Shown: positions 31,758 through 41,692, counted from the stretch's first letter. The stretch is DNA of 64,000 bases from an uncultured Gammaproteobacteria bacterium (GCA_963778585.1 CAVZUU010000006.1:660-64659); one strand, 5' to 3'. Numbers and translations: made by a program. Notes: generated by a model not told the origin, from the sequence alone.

Positions 31758-32524
31758 TCCTGGTCCTCGATATCGGCAACAGCCAGATCTTCGGGGGCGT
31801 TTTCGACGACGAGCGTCTCTGCCTTCAGTTCCGCCATGCCACGCGCGCGGAAAACACCTCCGACGAGATTGGCCTTTTCTGCCGGCAGGTGCTGCGTGAA
31901 AACGACGTCGATCCTGGGAGCATTACGGCGGTCGCGATCTGCTCCGTCGTCCCGGACATGGTGCACTCGGTGCGGAACGCGAGCATGAAGTACTTCGGCG
32001 TGCGCCCATTCATCCTCGAGCCCGGGGTGCGCACGGGGCTCAAGATCCGCTACCGCAACCCGCTGGAGGTCGGCAGCGATCGCATCGCCGGCGCCATCGC
32101 CGCGGCGAAGCTCTTTCCCGGCAAGAATGCGATCATCGTGGACTTCGGCACGGCGACGACGATCGACGCCCTGACCGACGAGCGCGATTATCTCGGCGGC
32201 GTCATCCTGCCGGGCCTGCGGCTCGCGATGGAAAGCCTCGATGCGCGCACCGCGCGCCTGCCGAAAGTCGAGATCCGGAAACCGCCCGAGCTGCTCGGAC
32301 GATCGACCGTGGAAAGCATCCAGGCGGGTCTCTATCACGGCAATATCGCGATCCTCCGCCACCTCTGCTCCGAAGTCCGTACGCAATACTTTGCGGACCG
32401 GCCCACCGTACTGGTTGGCACGGGCGGTTTCGCTCGTCTCTTCGAGGAAGAGAACCTGTTCGATGCACATGTCCCTGAACTCGTACTGATCGGGCTCCGC
32501 GAGGCTTTGCGTCTCAACAGTTGA
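31754..32524 (+). CDS. coaX: type III pantothenate kinase
   Basis: MILVLDIGNSQIFGGVF, VDFGTATTIDA and GTGGFARL are ASKHA/CoaX motifs. Confidence 0.92.
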   Translation: MILVLDIGNSQIFGGVFDDERLCLQFRHATRAENTSDEIGLFCRQVLRENDVDPGSITAVAICSVVPDMVHSVRNASMKYFGVRPFILEPGVRTGLKIRYRNPLEVGSDRIAGAIAAAKLFPGKNAIIVDFGTATTIDALTDERDYLGGVILPGLRLAMESLDARTARLPKVEIRKPPELLGRSTVESIQAGLYHGNIAILRHLCSEVRTQYFADRPTVLVGTGGFARLFEEENLFDAHVPELVLIGLREALRLNS

Positions 32525-32547
32525 TGTGACGCGCCCGCTCCCGTACT

Positions 32548-32726
32548 GCGCCCGCCGGGACTCCCCTCGCTCGCTCCGCCGGAACTTTAGTCGCTCGCTC
32601 GGGTGTCCCGGCGGGCTGGTCCGCGCGCGGGCGGGACACATCCGCTGTCGCGCGCACAAGGCGCACGGGAACCTGCGAGCGAGCGAATGTCCGTTCTGGT
32701 GAGCGAGCGAGCAGGGTTCCCGGGCG
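32548..32726. repeat. nested inverted-repeat element (four related ~26-bp units)
   Basis: Unit 1 (32548-32576) is roughly the reverse complement of unit 4 (32701-32726). Unit 2 (32591-32616) is roughly the reverse complement of unit 3 (32661-32686). All combine a CGCTCGCTC/GAGCGAGCG block with a CCGGGA(A/C)(C/T)C block. Confidence 0.75.
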
Positions 32727-32758
32727 TCGTAGTGCGTGCGACAGCCGAACTTGACCGG

Positions 32759-33532
32759 TCAGTGCGCGAATTCGTGCGTCAGGCCGATGACGAGAATGCC
32801 GAGCGCGATGAGCGAGACCTGCTGAACCGAAGTGCGCGCATCGACACGCTTGTGCAATCCCGGGATCAGGTCGGCCACCGCGACGTAGAGAAAACTCGCG
32901 GCGGCGATCGCGAGGGCGTACGGGAGCACGAACAAAGCTTCTGCCATCAGGTACCAGGCGATGACCGCGCCAGCGACGGAGGCAAGGCTGACCGCGATAT
33001 TGAGCACGAGCGCGCGGGCGCGGCTCATGCCCCCATTCAGGAGAATCGCCAGGTCGCCCACTTCCTGGGGAATCTCGTGCGCGAACACGGCAACCGTCGT
33101 GACGATGCCGAGGTGCGGATTCGTCATGAAGGCGGCGGCGATCAGGACGCCGTCGAGGATGTTGTGGAAAGCGTCGCCCCAGAGGATCAGGGTCGCCGAG
33201 GCGCGCGCCCGATGGTGATCCTGGGGTCCGTGCGCCTCGCAGGCATCCACGTGGCAGTGACGCCAGAGCACCATCTTCTCGAGCACGAAGAACGCAATGA
33301 TGCCGCCCGCAAGCGCGATGCCGATGCCGTGCGTGCCGGCGCCGGACTCGATCGCGTGCGGCAGGAGCGCGAGGAGCGCTGCGCCGAGCAACGCGCCGGT
33401 CGCGAAGCTCACGAGATGCGGCAGCAAGGCGTTGCGGCGCGCCGCCGACAGCAGCATGAAACCGCCGGCGATGATCGCCGACAGCGCGCCGCTGGCCGCC
33501 GTCAGGAACAGGATGGGTGCAAGCGTCGACAT
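32759..33532 (-). CDS. zupT: ZIP-family divalent metal transporter (ZupT-like)
   Basis: 257 aa, polytopic. HEIPQEVGDLAILL is the ZIP signature. Confidence 0.88.
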   Translation of the reverse strand: MSTLAPILFLTAASGALSAIIAGGFMLLSAARRNALLPHLVSFATGALLGAALLALLPHAIESGAGTHGIGIALAGGIIAFFVLEKMVLWRHCHVDACEAHGPQDHHRARASATLILWGDAFHNILDGVLIAAAFMTNPHLGIVTTVAVFAHEIPQEVGDLAILLNGGMSRARALVLNIAVSLASVAGAVIAWYLMAEALFVLPYALAIAAASFLYVAVADLIPGLHKRVDARTSVQQVSLIALGILVIGLTHEFAH

Positions 33533-33547
33533 GGGCGAGAGCCTACC

Positions 33548-34282
33548 TCAGGCGAGCCAGGCGAGCGCGGCCATGCGCCCCGTCTCGCCGTCGCGGCGGA
33601 AGGAATAAAAGCGCTCGGGATCCGAGTGTGTGCAAAGCTCCCCTCCGCTCACCGACGCCACGCCGCAGGCCGCGAGCCGTCGCCGCGCGAGCGCCGGCAG
33701 GTCCGCCAGGAAGCGCCCCTCGCGGCCGCGCCGGAATTCGGCGGCCGCCCCGGAATCGCGGTGCGTAAAGGCCTCGCGCACTTCAGGGCCGACCTCGAAC
33801 GCGGCCGGGCCGATCGCCGGCCCGAGCCAGGCAACGAGCTTTCCCGGATCGCAGTCGAGTGCCGCGACTGTCGCCTCGACGATGCCGGCTGCGAGACCGC
33901 GCCAGCCCGCGTGCGCGATTCCGACTCGATCGCCGTCACGGCTCGCGAGGAATACCGGCAGGCAGTCCGCGACGAGGATTGCGCAGACGCCGCCACTCTT
34001 GAAGGACACGATGGCATCGGCCGATCCGGCTGCGGAGTCCGGCACGACTGCGACGCGAATGCCGTGGACCTGTTCGAGCCAGGCCGGTTCGGACGGAATC
34101 CGCAGCGTGGCCCGCAGTCGCCGGCGATTTTCCGCGACCGCGGCCTCGTCGTCGCCGACATGCGCGGCGAGATTGAAGCTGGCGTAGGCACCGGCGCTGA
34201 CCCCGCCGGCGCGCGTGGTCATGGCCGCGCGAATGCGCGCGGGCGCCGGCCAGTCCGGACGAAGGAACTCGGGCGCAGGCAT
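33548..34282 (-). CDS. pgeF: peptidoglycan editing factor PgeF (YfiH/DUF152, polyphenol-oxidase-like)
   Basis: 244 aa from the ATG at 34282. MTTRAGGVS, VADCLPV, IAHAGWRG and CTHSDPERFYSFRRDG motifs. Confidence 0.88.
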   Translation of the reverse strand: MPAPEFLRPDWPAPARIRAAMTTRAGGVSAGAYASFNLAAHVGDDEAAVAENRRRLRATLRIPSEPAWLEQVHGIRVAVVPDSAAGSADAIVSFKSGGVCAILVADCLPVFLASRDGDRVGIAHAGWRGLAAGIVEATVAALDCDPGKLVAWLGPAIGPAAFEVGPEVREAFTHRDSGAAAEFRRGREGRFLADLPALARRRLAACGVASVSGGELCTHSDPERFYSFRRDGETGRMAALAWLA

Positions 34283-35247
34283 CAGCCGTCCGCCGCGTTC
34301 CGGTCGCGCTTGAGAGCGGCGACGAGCGTGAGAAAATCCGCGGGTAATTTCGCCTCGACCTCGACGCTCCGCCCGTCGCCCGGGTGAGTAAACATGAGTC
34401 TTGCGGCGTGCAGTGCCTGGCGCCGGAATCCGCGAAGCGCCTCGGCGAGCGCGGGAGTCGCGCCGCGCGGAATCGCGAGCCGCCGGCCGTACACCGGGTC
34501 GCCGACGAGAGGATAGCCGGCATGCGAGAGGTGCAGGCGGATCTGGTGCGTGCGGCCCGTCTCCAGCGTCACCCGCACCCACGTATGGCGCCGGAAGCGT
34601 TCGATCACGCGGTAGTGCGTGACCGCCTCGCGACCGCTCGAGCGCACCGTCATGCGCAGCCGGTCCGCCGGGTGCCGGTCGATCGGCGCGTCCACCTTTC
34701 CGCCGGACGTCATCACGCCGACGCAGACCGCCTGGTACTCGCGATGGATGTCGCGCGCCGCGAGCGCCTCCGCAAGCGTGAGGCGCGCGGTTTCGTTCCG
34801 CGCGACGATCAGGAGTCCGCTCGTGTCCTTGTCGAGCCGGTGCACGATGCCGGCGCGCGGCAGCTTCGCGAGCGTCGCGTCGTAAGCAAGGAGCGCGTTC
34901 TGGAGGGTCTGGTCGGGATTGCCCGCGCCGGGATGCACGACCAGACCCGCCGGCTTGTCGACGACGATCACGTCCGCGTCCTCCCAGGCGATCGCGAGCG
35001 CGATGTCCTGGGCAACCGGCGCAACGGCGTCCTCGTCCGGCGCGTCGAGCGCAACGCTTTCTCCGCCCGCGACGATGTCGCGCGGCCGCGGCACGCGGCC
35101 GTCGACGCGCAGCTGTCCCGCATCGATCCAGCGCTTGATGCGCGTGCGCGAGTACTCCGGCAACGCGTCCGCCAGGGCCTGGTCGAGACGGCGGCCGGCC
35201 GCCTGCAGCGGCAACCGCAGTTCGCGTTGGTGTCGGGGGGAACTCAT
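34282..35247 (-). CDS. rluD: 23S rRNA pseudouridine synthase RluD
   Basis: 321 aa from the ATG at 35247. An S4 domain, then VVDKPAGLVVHPG and IVHRLDKDTSGLL. Confidence 0.92.
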   Translation of the reverse strand: MSSPRHQRELRLPLQAAGRRLDQALADALPEYSRTRIKRWIDAGQLRVDGRVPRPRDIVAGGESVALDAPDEDAVAPVAQDIALAIAWEDADVIVVDKPAGLVVHPGAGNPDQTLQNALLAYDATLAKLPRAGIVHRLDKDTSGLLIVARNETARLTLAEALAARDIHREYQAVCVGVMTSGGKVDAPIDRHPADRLRMTVRSSGREAVTHYRVIERFRRHTWVRVTLETGRTHQIRLHLSHAGYPLVGDPVYGRRLAIPRGATPALAEALRGFRRQALHAARLMFTHPGDGRSVEVEAKLPADFLTLVAALKRDRNAADG

Positions 35248-35327
35248 GGGGGTCAAGGCGGGTCTTTGTTCGTTATACTGCGTCGGATCAACAGCCGGGG
35301 TCCAGTCCTTTGCAGCCAGACAGAACG

Positions 35328-36098
35328 ATGGCGCGCATCCTCCTGATCGCGTGCAGCGCACTCGCAATCGCCGCCTGCAGCAGTCGCGACCGCGCCGCCG
35401 AGAATCTGCAGCCCGAGAAACTCTACGACCGCGCCCACAGCCTCCTGCTGGGCGGCGATTACCGCGGCGCGGTGCGCTACTACGAGGGCCTCGAGGCGCG
35501 CTATCCGTTCAGCGAGCAGGCGCGCCAGGGCCGGCTCGACATCATCTACGCCTACTACCGGAGCAAGGAACAGGAATCGGCGATCGACGCCGCCGACCAG
35601 TTCATCCGCGAGAACCCGACGCATCCGCGCGTCGACTACGCGATGTACATCAAGGGCCTCGTATACTTCGAACGCTCGCCCAATTTTCTCGAGCGGTGGT
35701 TCAATACCGACCTGACGGAGCGGCCGCCACAGGATGTGCGCCGCGCATTCGAGGCCTTTGACGCCTTGATCAGGCAGCATCCGGACAGCGAGTTCGCGCA
35801 CGATGCGCGCCAGCGCATGATCTTCCTGCGCAACCGCCTCGCCGAATACGAGGTCTATGTCGCGGAGCATTACCTGAAGCGCCAGGCTTATGTCGCGGCG
35901 ATCGCCCGCGCTCGTTACTGCATCGAGAACTTCGACGGCGCCCCGGCAGTGCGTGAGGCGCTCGAAGTGATGATCTCCGCCTACAAGGGGATGGGGCTCG
36001 ACGACCTGGCCGAACGCTCGCAGGAAGTTTTCGCGCTCAATTACCCGAACGCCGAAGCGGAGCGCAAGGCCAATCGCGACTGGTGGCCTTTCTGGTAG
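35328..36098 (+). CDS. bamD: outer membrane protein assembly factor BamD
   Basis: Lipobox LIACSALAIAAC|SS. TPR-like repeats; YPFSEQARQGRLDIIYAYY is typical BamD/YfiO. Divergent from rluD as in many proteobacteria. Confidence 0.9.
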   Translation: MARILLIACSALAIAACSSRDRAAENLQPEKLYDRAHSLLLGGDYRGAVRYYEGLEARYPFSEQARQGRLDIIYAYYRSKEQESAIDAADQFIRENPTHPRVDYAMYIKGLVYFERSPNFLERWFNTDLTERPPQDVRRAFEAFDALIRQHPDSEFAHDARQRMIFLRNRLAEYEVYVAEHYLKRQAYVAAIARARYCIENFDGAPAVREALEVMISAYKGMGLDDLAERSQEVFALNYPNAEAERKANRDWWPFW

Positions 36099-36187
36099 GA
36101 ATCCTAAAGGGGACGTTCCCCTTTAGCCAAACGACGGTAGCGGCGTGCGCGGTCTGCCGCTAAAGGGGAACGTCCCCTTTAGGATTC
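36099..36187. repeat. composite palindromic intergenic repeat, copy 2
   Basis: The arms GAATCCTAAAGGGGACGTTCCCCTTTAGC (36099-36127) and its exact reverse complement (36159-36187) flank a 31-nt loop. The loop contains CGGTAGC, as in copy 1. Confidence 0.9.
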
Positions 36188-37807
36188 GCCGGGCCGATAA
36201 CCTGAAGTGATCGGATAGCGCCAGTCGCGCCCGAAGGCGCGGCCGCTGACACGGACGCCAGGAGGTGCCTGCCGCCGCTTGTATTCGTTCCGCTTCACGA
36301 GCTCGAGCACGCGCGTGACCGTCGCGCGCTCGAATCCCATCTCGACGATCTCGTCCACCGTACGGTTGTATTCGATGAATGCCTCGAGAATCGGATCGAG
36401 CACGTCGTAGGGTGGCAGGCTGTCCGAGTCGAACTGATTGTCGCGAAGTTCGGCGGTCGGCGGCCGCTCGATGATGCGCGCCGGAATGACCGGTTTCGGC
36501 GACTGCGCATTGCGCCAGCGCGCGAGCTTCCACACCAGCGTCTTGCTGCAATCCTTGATCGGCGCGTAGCCGCCTGCCATGTCGCCATAGAGCGTCGCAT
36601 AGCCGACCGACATCTCGCTCTTGTTGCCGGTCGTCAGCACCATGCGGCCGGTCTTGTTCGAAATGCCCATGAGCAGCATGCCCCGGCAACGCGCCTGGAT
36701 ATTCTCTTCCGCGGAGTCCACCGGCTTGCCGGAGAATTCCAGCTTGAGCGCCGCGAGTGTCGCCTCATAGATGGATTCGATGGAGATGACCGAGTAGCGC
36801 ACGCCGAGTCCTTTCGTCATCGCCTCGGCGTCGTGGACAGACATGGGAGAGGTGAATCGCGACGGCATCATCACCGCATGCACGCGGTCGGCGCCGAGCG
36901 CGTCGCAGGCGAGCGCGAGCACGAGAGCTGAATCGACGCCGCCCGAAAGCCCGATCACGACGCCGGGAAAGCCGTGCTTGCCGACATAGTCGCGCACGCC
37001 GAGCACGATCGCGCGCCAGACGCTTTCCTCGCCCGTCGGCAGGCGCGCGACCGTCTCCGGTTCGACCTGGACGCCGCCCTCCGCGACACTCACGTCCATG
37101 CATGACAGCGATTCCTCGAAAGCCGGGGCGCGATGCATGACACGGCCCGTCGCGTCCACCGCGAACGAGCTGCCCTCGAATACGAGTTCGTCCTGGCCGC
37201 CGACGAGGTTGAGATAGACGAACGGAATTCCGCCGGCCCGCGCGCGAAGCGCCAGATTGGCCTCGCGCTCGGCCTGCTTGCCCTGCTGGTACGGCGAGGC
37301 ATTGAGCGCGATGCAGAGATCGGCGCCCGCCAGGCAGGCGGACTTCGCGGGTTCGCCGTGCCAGACGTCCTCGCATATCAGCGGCGAGACGCGGATGTCG
37401 CCAATTTCCACGACTGTCGCCTCACCGCCCGCCTTGAAGTAACGCTCTTCATCGAACACCTGGTAATTCGGCAGCCGCTGCTTGCGGTAGTTGGCGATGC
37501 GATTGCCGTCCCTCAGCCAGGCCGCGCTGTTGTGGAGCGCGCCGCCCGCGTACTCCGGATACCCGACCAGGAGATCGATGCCGCGGGCCGCTTCCGCGAG
37601 GCGCGCGAGCGCGTCGTCGATGCGACGGCGAAAACCGCGATGAAACAACAGGTCCTCCGGCGGATACCCGGACAGCGCGAGCTCCGGCGTGACCATGAGC
37701 GCCGCGCCCGCCCGCCGCGCCTCGGCAAGCCGGCCGGCAATGCGATCCGCATTGCCCGGCACGTCTCCGACCGTCGGATTGATCTGGGCGAGCGCTATCC
37801 GCAACAC
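36179..37807 (-). CDS. nadE: glutamine-dependent NAD+ synthase
   Basis: 542 aa. N-terminal nitrilase/CN-hydrolase domain (MLRIALAQINPTVGD...ICEDVW) plus the NAD synthetase PP-loop (GLSGGVDSAL). Confidence 0.95.
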   Translation of the reverse strand: MLRIALAQINPTVGDVPGNADRIAGRLAEARRAGAALMVTPELALSGYPPEDLLFHRGFRRRIDDALARLAEAARGIDLLVGYPEYAGGALHNSAAWLRDGNRIANYRKQRLPNYQVFDEERYFKAGGEATVVEIGDIRVSPLICEDVWHGEPAKSACLAGADLCIALNASPYQQGKQAEREANLALRARAGGIPFVYLNLVGGQDELVFEGSSFAVDATGRVMHRAPAFEESLSCMDVSVAEGGVQVEPETVARLPTGEESVWRAIVLGVRDYVGKHGFPGVVIGLSGGVDSALVLALACDALGADRVHAVMMPSRFTSPMSVHDAEAMTKGLGVRYSVISIESIYEATLAALKLEFSGKPVDSAEENIQARCRGMLLMGISNKTGRMVLTTGNKSEMSVGYATLYGDMAGGYAPIKDCSKTLVWKLARWRNAQSPKPVIPARIIERPPTAELRDNQFDSDSLPPYDVLDPILEAFIEYNRTVDEIVEMGFERATVTRVLELVKRNEYKRRQAPPGVRVSGRAFGRDWRYPITSGYRPGES

Positions 37808-37814
37808 GTGATAC

Positions 37815-37886
37815 GCCTTGAAAAGGGGGACGCTTCCCTTTTCCTTCGGTCCTTCGGGAAAAGGGAAGCGTCCCCCTTTTCAAGGC
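37815..37886. repeat. composite palindromic intergenic repeat, copy 3 (variant)
   Basis: A perfect 30-bp inverted repeat: GCCTTGAAAAGGGGGACGCTTCCCTTTTCC (37815-37844) and its complement (37857-37886), with a 12-nt loop. The core is related to AAAGGGGACGTTCCCCTTT. Confidence 0.85.
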
Positions 37887-37904
37887 GCGCACATTCCATT
37901 TCGG

Positions 37905-38801
37905 TCAGCGCTTCTTCCTGCGACGCCGCCTGGAAGCCAGCGCCTTCTTCATCGCGCTGCCGAGCTCGGCGGGGGAACGTACGGTCGCCACGCCGGCCTC
38001 TTCGAGCGCCGCATACTTGTCTGCGGCCGTGCCCTTGCCGCCGGCGATCACGGCGCCGGCATGCCCCATGCGCTTGCCCGGCGGCGCGGTGACGCCCGCA
38101 ATGTAGGCCACGACGGGCTTGGTCAGATGGCGGCGGACGTAGTCGGCCGCATTCTCCTCGTCGCTGCCGCCGATCTCGCCGACCATGATGATGCCCGCGG
38201 TCCTCGCGTCCTTCTCGAAGAGAGCCAGCACGTCGATGAAATTCATGCCGCGCACGGGATCGCCGCCGATGCCGACGCAGGTCGACTGCCCGAGGCCGAG
38301 ATTCGTGGTCTGGAACACCGCCTCGTAGGTGAGCGTGCCGGAGCGCGAAATGATGCCGACGCGCCCGGGCTTGTGGATGAATCCCGGCATGATGCCGACC
38401 TTGCACTCGCCGGGCGTGATCACGCCTGGGCAGTTCGGCCCGACGAGCTTCGATTTCCCGCCGCGGAGCGCCGCTTTCACTCGCACCATGTCATTGACGG
38501 GAATGCCCTCGGTGATGCAGACGATCAGCCGGATGCCGGCGTCGGCGGCCTCGAGAATGGCGTCCGCAGCGTACGGCGCCGGCACATAGATCATGCTGAC
38601 GTCGGCACGCGTCTTCGCGACCGCGTCGTGCACGGTGTCGAACACCGGGCGATCGAGATGGCGGCTGCCGCCGCGTCCCGGCGTCACGCCGCCGACCAGG
38701 TTTGTGCCGTAGGCGATCGCCTGTTCGGAATGGAACGTGCCCTGCTTGCCCGTGAAGCCCTGGCAGATCACGCGGCTCGCGCGGTCGACGAGGATGCTCA
38801 C
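37905..38801 (-). CDS. sucD: succinate--CoA ligase subunit alpha
   Basis: 298 aa. [14 protein letters not shown] and GHAGAVI (the phosphohistidine loop). Confidence 0.97.
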   Translation of the reverse strand: MSILVDRASRVICQGFTGKQGTFHSEQAIAYGTNLVGGVTPGRGGSRHLDRPVFDTVHDAVAKTRADVSMIYVPAPYAADAILEAADAGIRLIVCITEGIPVNDMVRVKAALRGGKSKLVGPNCPGVITPGECKVGIMPGFIHKPGRVGIISRSGTLTYEAVFQTTNLGLGQSTCVGIGGDPVRGMNFIDVLALFEKDARTAGIIMVGEIGGSDEENAADYVRRHLTKPVVAYIAGVTAPPGKRMGHAGAVIAGGKGTAADKYAALEEAGVATVRSPAELGSAMKKALASRRRRRKKR

Positions 38802-39973
38802 TTCGCGCTTCCGCGCCGCGCGAGGCGCACGGATTTCGTCGCCGCGTCCGTGAGATCCTTCGCCGCCGTGATCGCAAGCCCGCTCGCGGCCAGGATCTTG
38901 CGGGCCTTGTCCGCGTTCGTGCCTTCGAGCCGGACGATCACCGGCACCGAGACGCCGACTTCCCGCACGGCCTGGACGATGCCCTCGGCGATGACGTCGC
39001 AGCGCACGATGCCGCCGAAGATGTTGACGAGCACCGCGCGCACGCGCTCGTTCGACAGGATGAGCCGGAACGCAGCGGTCACGCGCTCGGCCGTCGCGGT
39101 CCCGCCGACGTCGAGAAAGTTCGCCGGCGTGCCGCCGTGCAGCTTGATCAGGTCCATGGTCGCCATCGCAAGCCCGGCACCGTTCACCATGCAGGCGATG
39201 TTGCCATCGAGCGAGACGTAATTGAGTTCATGCTCGGAGGCTTCGCGCTCCATCGGATCCTCCTGCGAGGGATCGCGGAGCGCAACAAGCTCGGGCTGCC
39301 GGTAGAGCGCGTTTGCGTCGACATTTATCTTGGCATCGAGCGCCACCACCTTTCCGTCCTTGGTGACGATCAGGGGATTGACCTCGATCAACGTCAGGTC
39401 GCGATCGAGATAGAGGCGATAGAGAGCGCGCGCAATGCGCTCGAACTCCGCGACCTGCGGTCCCGACAGACCGAGACCGAACGCGAGGCGGCGGCACTGG
39501 AAACCCTGGAGTCCCGCCGCGGGATCGACATCGGCGCGCAGGATCCGGTCGGGCTCCTTCGCCGCCACTTCCTCGATATTCATGCCGCCCGCGGCCGATG
39601 CCACGAATGCGAGCCGTCCGCGCTCGCGGTCGAGCAGCAGGCTGAGATAGAGCTCGCGCTCGATCGCGCTGCCCGACTCGACGTACACGGATTCGACCGG
39701 CAGGCCGTCGCTGCCGGTCTGGATGGTCACGAGCCGCGTGCCCAGCATTGCCGCAGCCGCCTTGCCGACCTCCGCAGGCGAACGGCAGAGCTTGACGCCG
39801 CCCGCCTTGCCGCGGCCGCCCGCGTGAACCTGCGCCTTCACCACCCAGAGCGGCCCCGCCAGCTCGCGAGCCGCCGCCGCCGCTTCGGCCTCGCTCATCG
39901 CGACCTTGCCCGCCGGAACGGGCACACCGTAGTCGGCGAAGACGCGCTTCGACTGGTATTCGTGAAGATTCAT
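38798..39973 (-). CDS. sucC: ADP-forming succinate--CoA ligase subunit beta
   Basis: MNLHEYQSK... from the ATG at 39973. Contains an ATP-grasp domain and GGIVRCD. Confidence 0.97.
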   Translation of the reverse strand: MNLHEYQSKRVFADYGVPVPAGKVAMSEAEAAAAARELAGPLWVVKAQVHAGGRGKAGGVKLCRSPAEVGKAAAAMLGTRLVTIQTGSDGLPVESVYVESGSAIERELYLSLLLDRERGRLAFVASAAGGMNIEEVAAKEPDRILRADVDPAAGLQGFQCRRLAFGLGLSGPQVAEFERIARALYRLYLDRDLTLIEVNPLIVTKDGKVVALDAKINVDANALYRQPELVALRDPSQEDPMEREASEHELNYVSLDGNIACMVNGAGLAMATMDLIKLHGGTPANFLDVGGTATAERVTAAFRLILSNERVRAVLVNIFGGIVRCDVIAEGIVQAVREVGVSVPVIVRLEGTNADKARKILAASGLAITAAKDLTDAATKSVRLARRGSAK

Positions 39974-40060
39974 CACAGCATTCTAACGGCTGCCTTGAAC
40001 CGCGTCGCAAACGCGAGTCGAGCCGCCGGTCGTCGCGAGACCCCGTGCTAAAGTGCCGCC

Positions 40061-41686
40061 GTGAAAAAACCGGCGGAAACAGAGAAATCGGCCGGCGATC
40101 CGGAGCTCGCCTGGCGTGTCCTGGGCCTGCTCAATCTCTACCGGCTCGGCATTCCTTCGGTGCTGGTGGTGCTCGCGCTTCTTGCGACGCGCCCGCAGCT
40201 CCTGGGCGCCGCGTACCCGACCCTCTATCTATATGCAATCGCCGCCTGGTTCGCGACAGGAGTGATCTGCATCGCGCTCCTGAAGACGCGCTGGCCTTCC
40301 TTGCATGCGCAGGCTTTCATCCACGTTGCCTTCGACGTCATCGCCGTCACAGCTCTCCTGCTGACCAGCGCGGGCGCCGCGAGCGGAGCGGGACTTCTCC
40401 TCATCCTGCCGGTCGCGGCCGTGAGTCTCCTGTTGCCCCAGCGCACGGCGACGACCATTGCCGCGATCGCCGCGCTCTTCGTGCTCGGACAGCAGATCGT
40501 GCTCTGGTTCGCCGGCGTCTCGGATTCCTCGGACCTGACCCAGGCGGGGTTGCTCGGCGGCGTCATTTTCGTCGCAGCGCTCGCCGTCGCGCCGCTCGCG
40601 GGGCGGCTTCGCGAGAGCGAGGCGCTCGTCCGCCAGCGCGATCTCGACCTCGCGAACCTGGCGGAGCTTTCACAGTACATCGTCGAGCGTCTGCGCGAGA
40701 GCCTCGTGGTCGTCGACGAGCAGGATCGCATACGGCTGATCAACGAATCGGCGCGCCAGATCCTGGGCGGCGATGCGACGGCAAACGCGCTGCTCGGCGA
40801 AGTCTCTCCGCGCCTGCTCTATCTCCTAACGATGTGGCGGCAGAGCGAGCCCGTAACGGACACGGCCGGCGGCAACCTGCTCGCGGTCGACGGGCTGCGA
40901 GAAGTGCGTCCGCATTTCGCGAGGCTGGGCACAGGACATCCACCCCCTGTCCTCGTGTTTCTCGAGGACCTGACCACGCTCGACGATCGCATCCACCAGA
41001 CCCGCCTCGCCGCACTTGGGCGCCTTTCGGCGTCGATCGCGCACGAGATTCGCAATCCCGTCGGCGCCATCAGCCATGCGGCGCAGCTCCTCGGCGAGGA
41101 TCCAAAGCTCTCCGACTCGAATCGACGCATGAGCGAAATCATCAAGACCAATGCGGAGCGCGTCAGTACGATCGTCGGCAATGTCCAGCAACTTGGACGA
41201 CGGGAGACGACCCGTCCGGAGCGCATGCCGCTCAGCGAATGGCTGACCGACTTCGTTCAGGAATTCATCAATACCGGCGGCCACCAACCGGGACAACTCG
41301 TCGCCGAGCTGCCGGAACCGGATCTCGAGGTGCGTGTCGATCCCTCGCACCTGCACCAGATCCTGTGGAACCTGTGCGAGAACGCGTTCCGCTACTCGGT
41401 GAAGACGGACGACGACAGGATCGAAGTGCGGATCGGCCGGCTTGCCGGCAGCCTCCGCCCCTTCCTCGAGGTGCTCGATCGCGGGCCGGGCATCGACTCG
41501 ACGATCAGCGACCGGATATTCGAACCCTTCTTCACGTCGCGCGCGAGCGGTACCGGGCTCGGGCTGTTCATCGCACGCGAACTCGCGCAGTGCAACCGGG
41601 CGCTCCTCGTGTTCGAGCCGCGGACTGGCGGCGGCAGCGTTTTCCGTATCGTTTTCTCCGATCCACAGCGCTGGGAACAGACCTGA
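40061..41686 (+). CDS. pilS: type IV pilus two-component sensor histidine kinase PilS
   Basis: N-terminal polytopic domain (about 6 TM helices), H-box SASIAHEIRNPVGAI, and HATPase motifs (NLCENA, DRGPGI, GTGLGLF). Immediately upstream of pilR and pilA. Confidence 0.85.
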   Translation: MKKPAETEKSAGDPELAWRVLGLLNLYRLGIPSVLVVLALLATRPQLLGAAYPTLYLYAIAAWFATGVICIALLKTRWPSLHAQAFIHVAFDVIAVTALLLTSAGAASGAGLLLILPVAAVSLLLPQRTATTIAAIAALFVLGQQIVLWFAGVSDSSDLTQAGLLGGVIFVAALAVAPLAGRLRESEALVRQRDLDLANLAELSQYIVERLRESLVVVDEQDRIRLINESARQILGGDATANALLGEVSPRLLYLLTMWRQSEPVTDTAGGNLLAVDGLREVRPHFARLGTGHPPPVLVFLEDLTTLDDRIHQTRLAALGRLSASIAHEIRNPVGAISHAAQLLGEDPKLSDSNRRMSEIIKTNAERVSTIVGNVQQLGRRETTRPERMPLSEWLTDFVQEFINTGGHQPGQLVAELPEPDLEVRVDPSHLHQILWNLCENAFRYSVKTDDDRIEVRIGRLAGSLRPFLEVLDRGPGIDSTISDRIFEPFFTSRASGTGLGLFIARELAQCNRALLVFEPRTGGGSVFRIVFSDPQRWEQT

Positions 41687-41692
41687 CCGGCC

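Noticed and set aside
32603-34387. 594-aa ORF on the plus strand
   Set aside because: It is antisense to zupT and pgeF and starts inside the nested repeat element. Its composition is that of a high-GC artefact.
33548-34582. 100-codon N-terminal extension of the pgeF ORF, and the similar extension of rluD (to 35367)
   Set aside because: The extensions overlap the upstream gene or the divergent bamD promoter region. Homology starts at the internal ATGs 34282 and 35247.
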